Source: a bacterium
GTDB taxonomy: Bacteria > DUMJ01
DNA length: 33,486 nucleotides
NCBI GenBank assembly: GCA_049970495.1
Contig: JBMFMV010000012.1
Span: 1-33,486, forward strand
Reading direction: 5' to 3'
A program made the translations under genes and the position numbers. Positions 1-8,929 of the stretch are shown one piece after another (within the stretch, counting starts at the first letter, position 1; every line of letters begins with the position of its first letter). The notes under the pieces were generated by a model, which saw only the letters and a list, made by a program, of their open reading frames with translations, was not told where the DNA came from and did not search any database.

Positions 1-630
1 GTTAAAATAGCTCTAAGGGGAAATGGTATTATTGGTAGACCTGGGATATTATCTCCAGATAATCCGAACTATTCAGAAGATATAGAACAATATCGTCAAG
101 ATATAGAGAAATCTAAAGAACTATTATCTAAGATAAATTATACGAAGGATATAACAATTATATATGCCCAGAATTTTGACCAGTGCGCACAACTTATAAA
201 AGAAGACTTAGGTAAGATAGGGCTAAAGGTAACACTAAAGGCCATGGAGCAGAAGACAGTTGACGCATTAATAAATAACTGGAAATTTGATATAGCTATT
301 TCGGGTCATGGAGGACTTGGAGGAGATCCGGATGTACTTTACAGAGTTATATTGGGAAGTGGTTTTAACTCTGCTAGATACTATAGTAATAAAAAACTAA
401 CAGAACTACTCATTAAGCAAAGGTTTACAACGGATGAAAATCAACGGAAAAAACTTATAAGAGAGATACAGAGAATATATGCAGATGAAATACCAACTCT
501 GACACTGTACTATCCTGATTCTTACTGGTGTTTCAATGACAAAATAGAGCTGTATTACGTAAAAGGAGGACTTGGAAGTGGGGTACCGATACCCCTAAAT
601 AAGTTGGCATTTGTTGAGCTAAAAGGATGA
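1..630 (+). CDS. ABC transporter substrate-binding protein, family 5 (Dpp/Opp/NikA-like), C-terminal part; 5' end lies outside the window
   Basis: Frame 1 is open from base 1 (VKIALRGNGIIGRPG...AQLIKEDLGKIGLKVTLKAMEQK), so the ORF-track start at 244 is internal. Typical SBP_bac_5 C-terminus (RKKLIREIQRIYADEIPTLTLYY), followed by two permeases and an ATPase. Confidence 0.88.
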   Translation, partial: VKIALRGNGIIGRPGILSPDNPNYSEDIEQYRQDIEKSKELLSKINYTKDITIIYAQNFDQCAQLIKEDLGKIGLKVTLKAMEQKTVDALINNWKFDIAISGHGGLGGDPDVLYRVILGSGFNSARYYSNKKLTELLIKQRFTTDENQRKKLIREIQRIYADEIPTLTLYYPDSYWCFNDKIELYYVKGGLGSGVPIPLNKLAFVELKG

Positions 631-1538
631 AAAGACTCTTAGATTACTTTATAACACTTTTAATACTCCTTATATTAAGTTTCTATCTTCCCAGGTTATT
701 ACCTGGGGATCCTATAAGTGCTATCTTTGGAGAAGAGGCTATAGTTAGTATGAGTGAAAAAACGATAGCAGAGATCAGAGATAGAATGGGTTTAGATAAA
801 CCTTTATGGATGCAGTTTATTTTATATATAAAGGATATCCTAAGAGGGGACCTTGGCTACTCTTACTACTACAGAGAATACATATGGGAGATAATAAAAA
901 GTAGCTTTCCATGGACATTAGCACTTATAGGTGTCTCCTTACCAATCTCTTCTATACTAGGATTTTTACTCGGGTTAGAAGCTAGTTATATATCTGGCAG
1001 TAAACTCGATAAGATATCATTCATTACTATGATAGCCATAGGGAGCCTCCCTGAATTCTTAGTAGGGATTATATTCTTAGTGGTGTTTGCTATCAATCTA
1101 AGAATTTTACCAGCATCTTTTTCTCTCTCCGTATCAAGGTTCAAAGCCTTCTTATTGCCATGTCTCTCCCTTATAGTAGTTGACTTCCCTAGTAGTTATA
1201 TTACAACAAGAAATTTAGCTGTATCGGTAGTAAAGGAGAGATTTATAGAAACAGCAAAAGCTAAATTAAAGAGCAATAGAAGGATAAAATATGTACATAT
1301 TGGTAAGAATGTTATCTATCCTGTTGTTACACGACTCCTCTTAAGGATGTCACACCTACTTTTTGGGGTTATATTTATAGAAGTGATCTTTTCTTACCCA
1401 GGGATAGGAATGATGCTATACACTTCAATAGTCCATAGGGATTACGCATTTGTCCAAATATGCATACTATTTATATCTACTATCATATTAACCATGAATA
1501 TGTTAACAGAATATCTATTTAGAGGAGAGAAGACTTGA
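627..1538 (+). CDS. ABC transporter permease (DppB/NikB-like)
   Basis: LPRLLPGDP, GLDKPLWMQF, RGDLGYS, IEVIFSYPGIG and RDY motifs; ATGA overlap with the upstream gene. Confidence 0.92.
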   Translation: MKRLLDYFITLLILLILSFYLPRLLPGDPISAIFGEEAIVSMSEKTIAEIRDRMGLDKPLWMQFILYIKDILRGDLGYSYYYREYIWEIIKSSFPWTLALIGVSLPISSILGFLLGLEASYISGSKLDKISFITMIAIGSLPEFLVGIIFLVVFAINLRILPASFSLSVSRFKAFLLPCLSLIVVDFPSSYITTRNLAVSVVKERFIETAKAKLKSNRRIKYVHIGKNVIYPVVTRLLLRMSHLLFGVIFIEVIFSYPGIGMMLYTSIVHRDYAFVQICILFISTIILTMNMLTEYLFRGEKT

Positions 1539-2293
1539 TAGGTTTACCCATTACTTATTCGATGCTTCAAAGAGATGAGATATTTATGAAGCCATCAAAC
1601 CTCCACATAATGGGTACAAATTGGGCAGGTCAAGATGTACTGCAGCTAGTATTGAGTGGAACAGTAAATTCGATATTATTATCAGCTCTGGTTGTTTTGG
1701 GGACAAATGTAGTATCCTTAATATTAGGTTTTCTTACGGCTTTACATGGTAAGAGTTTAGAAAGAATACTACTTAGGATTGTAGATATATTTATAGCATT
1801 ACCGTCAAACATTTTGATAATGGCAATCTCAATATACATAAAACCGAGTATATTTTGGTTTTCAGTCATCTTACTTATATTCGGCTGGGCCCAAGGGACA
1901 AGACTTATTTGGAGCCATACCAAGAGAATAGTTAATAAGGATTATATAAATGCAGCAAAACTATTTGGCGGAGGCCGCTTCTACATACTCTACAAGCATA
2001 TACTTAGAGAAATCTTTCCATTATTTTCAGTTATAGCCATACAGAGCACAAGAAGGACAATACTTATAGAATCTAGTCTGAGTTTTCTTGGCATAACAAA
2101 TCCAGAGATTATAAGCCTTGGGAAACTGATAAATAATTCACTACAATTTTTGTACCTAGATGTATGGAAATGGTGTCTAATCCCTCCACTCTTAAGTCTC
2201 ATAAGTATTCTAGTATCTTTAGGGGTACTAGGTTTTTACATTGAAGGCAAGGTTGATAGGAGGTTAAGAATTGGTAGAAATAGTGAGTCTTAG
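1535..2293 (+). CDS. ABC transporter permease (DppC/NikC-like), apparently lacking the usual N-terminal helix
   Basis: HIMGTNWAGQD, YINAAKLFGG (EAA loop) and ESSLSFLG motifs; TTG start overlaps the upstream stop, with GAGGAG at 1522-1527. Confidence 0.88.
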   Translation: MIGLPITYSMLQRDEIFMKPSNLHIMGTNWAGQDVLQLVLSGTVNSILLSALVVLGTNVVSLILGFLTALHGKSLERILLRIVDIFIALPSNILIMAISIYIKPSIFWFSVILLIFGWAQGTRLIWSHTKRIVNKDYINAAKLFGGGRFYILYKHILREIFPLFSVIAIQSTRRTILIESSLSFLGITNPEIISLGKLINNSLQFLYLDVWKWCLIPPLLSLISILVSLGVLGFYIEGKVDRRLRIGRNSES

Positions 2294-3905
2294 TGTAAGT
2301 TACTCTAGAAAGAAGATATTAAAAGATATAGACCTTTCAGTCAAAAGGAGTGAAAGATTAGCTATCATAGGAGAATCAGGAGCCGGAAAGACTACTCTAG
2401 CACTTAGTCTCCTTGGCCTATGTAAAGGGAATATAAATGGAAAGATAAAAATAGACGGGATTGAAATCACCTCCTTGAAAGAGAAGGATCTTAAAGACCT
2501 TAGATGGAGAAAAATTAGTATAGCATTTCAAAATCTAGATGCATTAAATCCTGCACTAAGAGTGGGTGAACAGATAAGAGAAATTATTTTAGAAAAGAGT
2601 AATAAAAGTCCTGGAGAAGCATATTTAGAAGTGATAAATCTCATACGAATTTTAGGCTTAGATGAATCTTACTTAGACCGTTTTCCCTCTCAACTTAGCG
2701 GAGGAGAAAAGAGAAAGATAATAATAGCCATGGCATTGGTAAACTCCCCAGATGTAATAGTGCTAGACGAGCCAACATCGAGTCTCGATGCTAATACAAG
2801 GGATGAAATTAGAGAGATCCTTAGAGATATACTTCAGGATAAGACTGTTATTATAAACACTCATGATTTAAAATTGGCATACGAACTTACTAACAAGGTT
2901 GCAGTGCTATATGGTGGAAGAATCCTAGAGTATGGAGAAACTAAAAAGATCATAGAAAATCCGAGGCATCCTTATACAAGGGGCCTGCTAAGGTCATCTC
3001 CAAGTTTAAATAAGGGTAAAGACCTACAGGGAATTCCCGGATCATTCGAATATAGAGAAAATGGATGCCCTTTCTCTAATAGATGCGTACAGAGGATTGA
3101 TTTATGTGAAGTAGTTACACCTAAACCTGTAGAGAGCAAAGACAGGATAATAGCTTGTCACAAAGGAGGGATTGAAAAAGTATTAGAAGTTAAAGGGCTT
3201 AGTAAGAGTTTCTCTAATAGAAAGATACTAAGACATATAAATTTCTCCCTTTATAGTGGAGAGAGTATTACTATACTAGGCAAGACAGGTTCAGGGAAAA
3301 GTACTATTGCTAGATGTATAATGGGGCTTATAGAACCAGATGATGGAGAGGTCTTCCTCTTTAACAAAAAAATAATAAGAAGAGACCTGTCTTTCTATAG
3401 AAATATACAAATGATCTTTCAGGACCCCTTTGAGAGTATAAATCCAAGGTTTAATATCTATGAAATAGTCTCAGAACCGCTATTTATTCAAAGAATGTCT
3501 GATAGAGAAACTTGTATGAAATTGGTAAAAGATGTACTTAAAAGTGTTCAACTACCGTACGATGAAGAATTTCTAAAGCTTTATCCATATCAGTTAAGTG
3601 GGGGAGAATTACAGAGAATAGCTATTGCTAGAGCTATAATAGTAAAGCCCAAAATACTTATAGCTGATGAGATTACCGCATTTTTAGATGTTAGTATTCA
3701 AGCGAAGATAATGAGATTACTTTTGGATCTTCAAGAAAATTTAGGACTATCAGTGATATTTATACTTCATGATATAGAATTAGCCAGAAAGATAAGTGAC
3801 AGAATATTAATTCTTAACGATGGGGTCTTAGAAGAATATAGAGAATCAGAAATAGAAGGAGGCGATACCTATGAATATGAAGGAACTGTGGGAAGAATCT
3901 GTTAA
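2271..3905 (+). CDS. ABC transporter ATP-binding protein with two fused ATPase domains (DppD/F-like)
   Basis: Two Walker A motifs (GESGAGKT, GKTGSGKS), two LSGGE signatures, Walker B (VLDEPT, IADEIT), and an HPY plus Cys-rich linker (GCPFSNRC..C..ACH). Confidence 0.93.
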   Translation: MVEIVSLSVSYSRKKILKDIDLSVKRSERLAIIGESGAGKTTLALSLLGLCKGNINGKIKIDGIEITSLKEKDLKDLRWRKISIAFQNLDALNPALRVGEQIREIILEKSNKSPGEAYLEVINLIRILGLDESYLDRFPSQLSGGEKRKIIIAMALVNSPDVIVLDEPTSSLDANTRDEIREILRDILQDKTVIINTHDLKLAYELTNKVAVLYGGRILEYGETKKIIENPRHPYTRGLLRSSPSLNKGKDLQGIPGSFEYRENGCPFSNRCVQRIDLCEVVTPKPVESKDRIIACHKGGIEKVLEVKGLSKSFSNRKILRHINFSLYSGESITILGKTGSGKSTIARCIMGLIEPDDGEVFLFNKKIIRRDLSFYRNIQMIFQDPFESINPRFNIYEIVSEPLFIQRMSDRETCMKLVKDVLKSVQLPYDEEFLKLYPYQLSGGELQRIAIARAIIVKPKILIADEITAFLDVSIQAKIMRLLLDLQENLGLSVIFILHDIELARKISDRILILNDGVLEEYRESEIEGGDTYEYEGTVGRIC

Positions 3906-4461
3906 ATTTCATGGGCATAGCTGTCCAGGACTTGCATATGGTGTTAGAGCAAGCGTAATCGCTATGGAAAGACTAAATATAAAGAGGTCGCAAGATGAAG
4001 AGATAGTTGCTATAGTAGAGAATGATGCCTGTGGAGTAGATGCTGTACAGGTGATCATTGGATGTTCTTTAGGCAAAGGTAACCTTATAATAAGGAACTA
4101 TGGTAAGCAGGTCTTTATATTCATAAAGAGAGGATATGATAAGGCATTAAGGGTATATATAAAACCTCTACCAAGAAATGATGAAGAAAGAGAACTAAGA
4201 AAGAAAGTTATGGAAAGGGTTGCCACTGAAGAAGAAAGAGAAAGATTCAACAAGATAAGACAGGATAGGATAGACTACCTATTAAACGCCAAAGAAGAAG
4301 ATATAGCAGATATAAGATGGATAAACATTGAAGAACCTCAGAGAGCTAGGATCTTTAACAGCATACAGTGTGAGATGTGCGGAGAATTTTTTATGGAGAC
4401 AAAGGGAAGAATCCAGGATGGGAAAATAGTATGTATGGAATGTTTTAGTTACAAAGACTAA
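3871..4461 (+). CDS. fmdE: FmdE-family protein with C-terminal C4 zinc finger
   Basis: FHGHSCPGLAYG, ENDACGVDAVQ and GCSLGKGNL motifs; C-terminal CEMC...CMEC. Confidence 0.88.
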   Translation: MNMKELWEESVKFHGHSCPGLAYGVRASVIAMERLNIKRSQDEEIVAIVENDACGVDAVQVIIGCSLGKGNLIIRNYGKQVFIFIKRGYDKALRVYIKPLPRNDEERELRKKVMERVATEEERERFNKIRQDRIDYLLNAKEEDIADIRWINIEEPQRARIFNSIQCEMCGEFFMETKGRIQDGKIVCMECFSYKD

Positions 4462-4467
4462 AAGGAA

Positions 4468-4495
4468 GTAGGGGTTCAAAATTTTGAACCCCTAC
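4468..4495. repeat. Perfect 28-bp palindrome GTAGGGGTTCAAAATTTTGAACCCCTAC; REP-like element or bidirectional terminator
   Basis: Exact self-complementarity read from the sequence; lies between the convergent fmdE and esterase pseudogene; GTAG...CTAC ends. Confidence 0.75.
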
Positions 4496-4518
4496 AATCT
4501 AGAAACATAACTACAGAT

Positions 4519-5314
4519 CTAATAAGGCATTATCCAATCTAGGACTTTCTTCATATACCTATCCCAAAAGCTCCAGTCGTGTCCTCCAGGTCCTTCTTCA
4601 TAAGTAACCTCGTAACTCAACTTTTGTAGATGTTCTTTAAATTTCACATTAGATAGGTATAGCCGATCTTCAGTACCGCAAGCAATATATATCTTAGGTG
4701 CCTCTAGATTTTAACTCTTAAGTTTTTCAGCTAGATAAAAAAAGGTTATTTTCACTACCCTTTACCTTAGTCAGGTCGCCAAATAAATTCTCATGGAATG
4801 GCTTAGATATACCCTCAGCAGATTCTATAATCCCAACTATATCCAAAGCTCTAGAAAGACTTGCACACGCACTAAAGAAATCTGGTCTTCTAAGAGCCCA
4901 CTTCATAGCACCATAACCGCCCATAGATAGTCCAGCTACAAAATTCTCTTCTCTTTTATCCGACAGAGGAAACAGAGACCTCATAACTAGAGGCAATTCT
5001 TCTGAAATGTAAGACTAACATCTTATTCCGTGAGCCATATCAGTATAAAAACTATTATACGCAGAAGGCATAACTACAGCTATACTCTTTTCATTGGCAT
5101 ATCTCTCTATAGCAGTATATCTAAGCCAATTAGTATGATCACCTAGAAAACCATGAAGGAGATACAGTGTTGGAAATTTCTTATCCCTATTATATACAGT
5201 TTCTAATTCTAAAGGATTCTGTAAATCCTTTGACTGTAGAGTAGGGATAATGACCGTTACCTGTGTATCCATCATAAGATACTTGGATAAGAAATTAACC
5301 TGTAAAAGCGCCAT
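4519..5314 (-). pseudogene. Esterase (alpha/beta hydrolase, XynC/FrmB-like) pseudogene
   Basis: Pieces carry LYLLHG, AGLSMGGYG (catalytic Ser), IACGTED and GPGGHDWSFWD. Lesions: in-frame TAG at 5015-5017, +1 frameshift in the A7 run at 4737-4743, in-frame TAA at 4711-4713. ATG at 5314 with AGGAGG RBS; original stop at 4519-4521. Confidence 0.9.
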
Positions 5315-5386
5315 AGGCACCTCCTAAATTTTTATCTTTTTAAACAATAGTATTTCACAATTTAACAAGATGCGGATAGCAAGTCT

Positions 5387-6043
5387 TTAGGCCCTACCTA
5401 ATAAGGCATATCGCAAAAAGTACATTCCAAAACCTACCAAGAAGAAACTAGCAGCAATAAGAATATATCTATAGATCTTCCTCCAAAAAGGGAGAGATAA
5501 TCCTTCCCCTGCAAATCCTATAAAAAGATACCAAATGTAGTCAGATAAGATGTGTCCTACATAAAAGGTCAAGATGCCTATAGTAAAGTAGCTCTTAGCC
5601 TGAGTTATAAAAGAGACTCCTACTGTAAGCCACCAGAGAAGCCAATACGGATTAGCCAGAGATGTCAAAGCCCCTGCAAGAATTAATGAAGGATTAAAAG
5701 AGTATACCTTTGTCTTAGACGAATTGTCTATAATAGAAGAGGAAAAGATTTTATTCTTAATAATGCTTAGAAATAGAATTATACCAGAGTAGCTTAGAAA
5801 TACGCTCCCTATAAAACTAAAGGTTCTTAGGAATATAGGATTTTTAAGAAAGGGCTGAAATCCAAAAAGAAATAGAGTTATCAAAATTCCTTCTAAAATT
5901 GCATGCCCAGAGACAATCTCTAGAGATTTTTTCCATCCTCCTATACTGCTCTGTGCCAAGACTAATGCCATTAAAGGGCCCGGAGCAGAAGCGCCAGAAA
6001 AGCCCACTAAAAAACTGGTAGAAAATAAAACCAACAGTCCCAC
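5387..6043 (-). CDS. LysE/RhtB-family translocator
   Basis: GFSGASAPGP, GHAILE and SLANPYWLLWW motifs; highly hydrophobic; GTG start preceded by GAGGAGG. Confidence 0.85.
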   Translation of the reverse strand: MGLLVLFSTSFLVGFSGASAPGPLMALVLAQSSIGGWKKSLEIVSGHAILEGILITLFLFGFQPFLKNPIFLRTFSFIGSVFLSYSGIILFLSIIKNKIFSSSIIDNSSKTKVYSFNPSLILAGALTSLANPYWLLWWLTVGVSFITQAKSYFTIGILTFYVGHILSDYIWYLFIGFAGEGLSLPFWRKIYRYILIAASFFLVGFGMYFLRYALLGRA

Positions 6044-6093
6044 TTAAATGCCTCCTCTTTTTAATATGAAAGTGTATCACTAAAATTAAAAAC

Positions 6094-6753
6094 TTAACCT
6101 GTAAATAGCTTAGTCCCTATCCTTACTATATTGGCACCTTCTTCTACAGCAACCCTGTATGAATCGCTCATACCCATAGAAAGATACTTTATCTCTGTAT
6201 TGGGTATTTGGAGATCCTTTATATGATTAAACAAACTCTTCATCTCTTTAAAATAAGGTCTCAAATCTTCTGGGTCATTTAGCAGTGGTCCCATTGTCAT
6301 AAGTCCCATAACCCTTATATATCTAAGCCGTGAAATCTCTCTGATCGCATCTTCTACAATATCTGGGTCTAAACCTGACTTCTGCGGCTCTCTAGCTATG
6401 TTTACCTCGATGAGTATAGGCATTACTTTCTCTATACTGGCACACTTTTTATCCAATTCTATAGCTAATTCCACTGAATCTATTGTTTCTAGCATATCAA
6501 AGACTTCTAAAAACTTTCTCCTAAAGAGGTCATGCTTTTCTATCTTAGTTATACCTATATAATGCCAACTTACCCTTTTATCTATAACAGGAAATAGATT
6601 ACGAACATCTCTTATGTAATTTACACCTAAAATCTTTACACCAGCATCTATAGCACACAAAATATCCTCAGTAGACCGTCCCTTTATAACTGCTACTAGT
6701 TCTACACCTGGAGGTAGTTCTTGTAGTATCTTCTGAACATTATCTCTTATCAT
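6094..6753 (-). CDS. yggS: YggS/PLPBP pyridoxal-phosphate homeostasis protein (divergent)
   Basis: LVAVIK (PLP Lys), IEVNI..EPQKSG, GLMTMG and [26 protein letters not shown] overlap with the thiC stop. Confidence 0.9.
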   Translation of the reverse strand: MIRDNVQKILQELPPGVELVAVIKGRSTEDILCAIDAGVKILGVNYIRDVRNLFPVIDKRVSWHYIGITKIEKHDLFRRKFLEVFDMLETIDSVELAIELDKKCASIEKVMPILIEVNIAREPQKSGLDPDIVEDAIREISRLRYIRVMGLMTMGPLLNDPEDLRPYFKEMKSLFNHIKDLQIPNTEIKYLSMGMSDSYRVAVEEGANIVRIGTKLFTG

Positions 6754-8057
6754 ACATTTTCCAAAGCCTTTTTAGTTAATCTTATAGCGCAGAATTTTGC
6801 TCCACACATAGAACAGAATTCAGTAGCCTTATAGGCATCCCCTGGTATAGTCCTACTGTAAATTTCCCTAGCCCTATCTGGGTCTATAGCTAACTTAAAC
6901 TGTTTTTCCCAATCAAAAGAAAATCTTGCTCTAGACATCTCATCATCCCATTCTCTTGCCCTTTTGATTCCTCTAGCCATATCAGCTATATGTGCAGCTA
7001 TCCTAGCAGATATAACTCCTATCCTAACATCTTCTACCGTCGGAAGGCCTAGATGTTCTGAGGGTGTGACATAACATATAAAGGATGCACCAGCCCAGCC
7101 CGCTATAGCTGCACCAATGGCTGAAGTTATATGGTCATAACCAGGGGCAATATCAGTTACTATAGGTCCAAGGACATAAAAGGGAGCCTCCCTACAGATT
7201 CTTCTTGCCTTTTCCACATTCATTACAATCTTATCAATTGGTATATGTCCAGGACCTTCTATTATAATCTGTACATCCTTCTGCCAAGCCCTTGTAGTAA
7301 GCTCTCCTAGGACTTCTAACTCGGCAAATTGAGCAGAATCATTAGCATCTGCAAGACATCCTGGTCTTAATCCATCTCCAAGACTCAGGGTAACGTCATA
7401 TGTCCTAGCTATATCTAAAACATCATCAAACCTCTCATAGTATGGATTCTGCTTGTTACGATACGCCATCCAACAGGCAAGTATACTTCCACCTCTGCTT
7501 ACTATACCCATCACCCTCTTCTCCACAAGTGGAAGATGTTCTCTGAGAATACCAGCATGGATAGTCATAAAGTCAACGCCTTGTTTAGCATGAAGTTCAA
7601 CAATATCTATAAAATCGTCCTCTTTTATATCTCTTATATCCTCATATTCTTTTGCCAATTGATATACGGGAACAGTTCCAACTGGTACAGTACTTTTTTC
7701 TATGATTTTCTCTCTTATCTTATTCAGGTCCCCACCAGTGCTTAAGTCCATCACTGTATCTGCCCCATACTTTATAGCTGTCTCTAGTTTCTCAAGCTCA
7801 ACGTCCTCACTAGCTTCTATAGGAGAGCTACCTATATTAGCATTGACCTTACATCTTACCGATATCCCAATGCCTATAGGATGAAGATTTTTATGATTTA
7901 CATTGGCAGGGATAACTAATCTACCAACCGATACTTCTCTCCTAACAAATTCTGGCTCTAAACCTTCGTCTTTTGCCACTGTCTCCATCTCTTCTGTTAT
8001 AATCCCAGCTCTAGCATATCTTATCTGGGTAAGAAACTTTTGCCTCCTAGACTTCAC
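6750..8057 (-). CDS. thiC: Phosphomethylpyrimidine synthase ThiC (short form)
   Basis: [55 protein letters not shown] and C-terminal CSMCGAKFC (CX2CX4C). Confidence 0.93.
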   Translation of the reverse strand: MKSRRQKFLTQIRYARAGIITEEMETVAKDEGLEPEFVRREVSVGRLVIPANVNHKNLHPIGIGISVRCKVNANIGSSPIEASEDVELEKLETAIKYGADTVMDLSTGGDLNKIREKIIEKSTVPVGTVPVYQLAKEYEDIRDIKEDDFIDIVELHAKQGVDFMTIHAGILREHLPLVEKRVMGIVSRGGSILACWMAYRNKQNPYYERFDDVLDIARTYDVTLSLGDGLRPGCLADANDSAQFAELEVLGELTTRAWQKDVQIIIEGPGHIPIDKIVMNVEKARRICREAPFYVLGPIVTDIAPGYDHITSAIGAAIAGWAGASFICYVTPSEHLGLPTVEDVRIGVISARIAAHIADMARGIKRAREWDDEMSRARFSFDWEKQFKLAIDPDRAREIYSRTIPGDAYKATEFCSMCGAKFCAIRLTKKALENV

Positions 8058-8147
8058 TAATAAATCCCTCCATTTTCTTTGGTTTTATTTAATATATAAT
8101 TATAATCCAAAAATTAGAGATATTCTAGAAATAATTCTTCTTTTATA

Positions 8148-8179
8148 TGTTATAATTAACTGAGAATCTTTATAAGATT
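8148..8179 (+). promoter_or_regulatory. Extended -10 (TGTTATAAT) for the smsC/sufC operon, followed by inverted repeat AATCTT-N3-AAGATT
   Basis: TGT-TATAAT at 8148-8156; inverted repeat at 8165-8179, just before the AAGGAG RBS. Confidence 0.45.
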
Positions 8180-8197
8180 ACTAAGGAGATGAGATAA

Positions 8198-8929
8198 ATG
8201 CTTTTGATAGAAGACCTTTATGTTGAGGTAGGAGGTTCTCCTATATTAAAGGGGATAAATTTAGAGATAAGTGATGGTGAAACTCATGTGCTTTTGGGAC
8301 CAAACGGAGGAGGAAAGACTACCCTCTTAATGAGCATTATGGGATTACCTAGGTATAAGGTTACCAAGGGCAGGATATACTTTAAAGGGATAGATATAAC
8401 AAACTTACCACCCCATGAAAGGGCTAAGTTAGGAATTGGCATAATGTTTCAAAAACCTCCAAGTATTAGAGGTGTAAAGTTATACCAAATCGGAGAGATT
8501 ACCTTAAGAGATGGAAATAATGGGGATAGAATAAGAAATTACGCAGAAATGCTTAATCTTATAAATCACCTTGACAGGGACCTAAACTATGGATTCTCTG
8601 GTGGTGAGCTAAAACGTTCAGAATTGTTCCAGTTGTTATGCCAAAAACCGGAGTTAGTTTTGTTAGATGAACCTGAGTCAGGAGTGGACTTAGATAATAT
8701 TGCCCTCATAGGGGGAGTAATAAATGTACTTTTAGGTAAGGAAGATAAGATTAGGGAGAGAAAGAGTTCTGGTATTATAGTGACACATACTGGTCATATA
8801 TTAGAATATGTAAATGCGGATAAGGGACATGTTATCATGGATGGAAAGATCATATGCCATGGATCACCTAGAGATCTTTTTGAAGAAGTAAAAAAGTACG
8901 GATATGGAAGGTGTTTAGAATGTCTATAG
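8198..8929 (+). CDS. sufC: Fe-S cluster assembly ABC ATPase, SufC-like (SmsC type with C-terminal CxxC)
   Basis: GPNGGGKT, LNYGFSGGELKRSE, LLDEPESGVD and IVTHTG; ends GYGRCLECL. Confidence 0.9.
   Translation: MLLIEDLYVEVGGSPILKGINLEISDGETHVLLGPNGGGKTTLLMSIMGLPRYKVTKGRIYFKGIDITNLPPHERAKLGIGIMFQKPPSIRGVKLYQIGEITLRDGNNGDRIRNYAEMLNLINHLDRDLNYGFSGGELKRSELFQLLCQKPELVLLDEPESGVDLDNIALIGGVINVLLGKEDKIRERKSSGIIVTHTGHILEYVNADKGHVIMDGKIICHGSPRDLFEEVKKYGYGRCLECL

Noticed and set aside
5015..5017. In-frame TAG in the esterase as pyrrolysine or stop-codon readthrough
   Set aside because: The same gene has a frameshift and a TAA, and TAG is a normal stop for other genes in the window.
6750..8057. BzaA/B/F (ThiC paralogue for benzimidazole synthesis)
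   Set aside because: Motifs look like standard ThiC and there are no cobalamin genes or riboswitch nearby; not fully excludable without a phylogeny.
8058..8197. TPP riboswitch upstream of thiC
   Set aside because: CTGAGA occurs only on the wrong strand; no ACCTGA or GC-rich stems are present.
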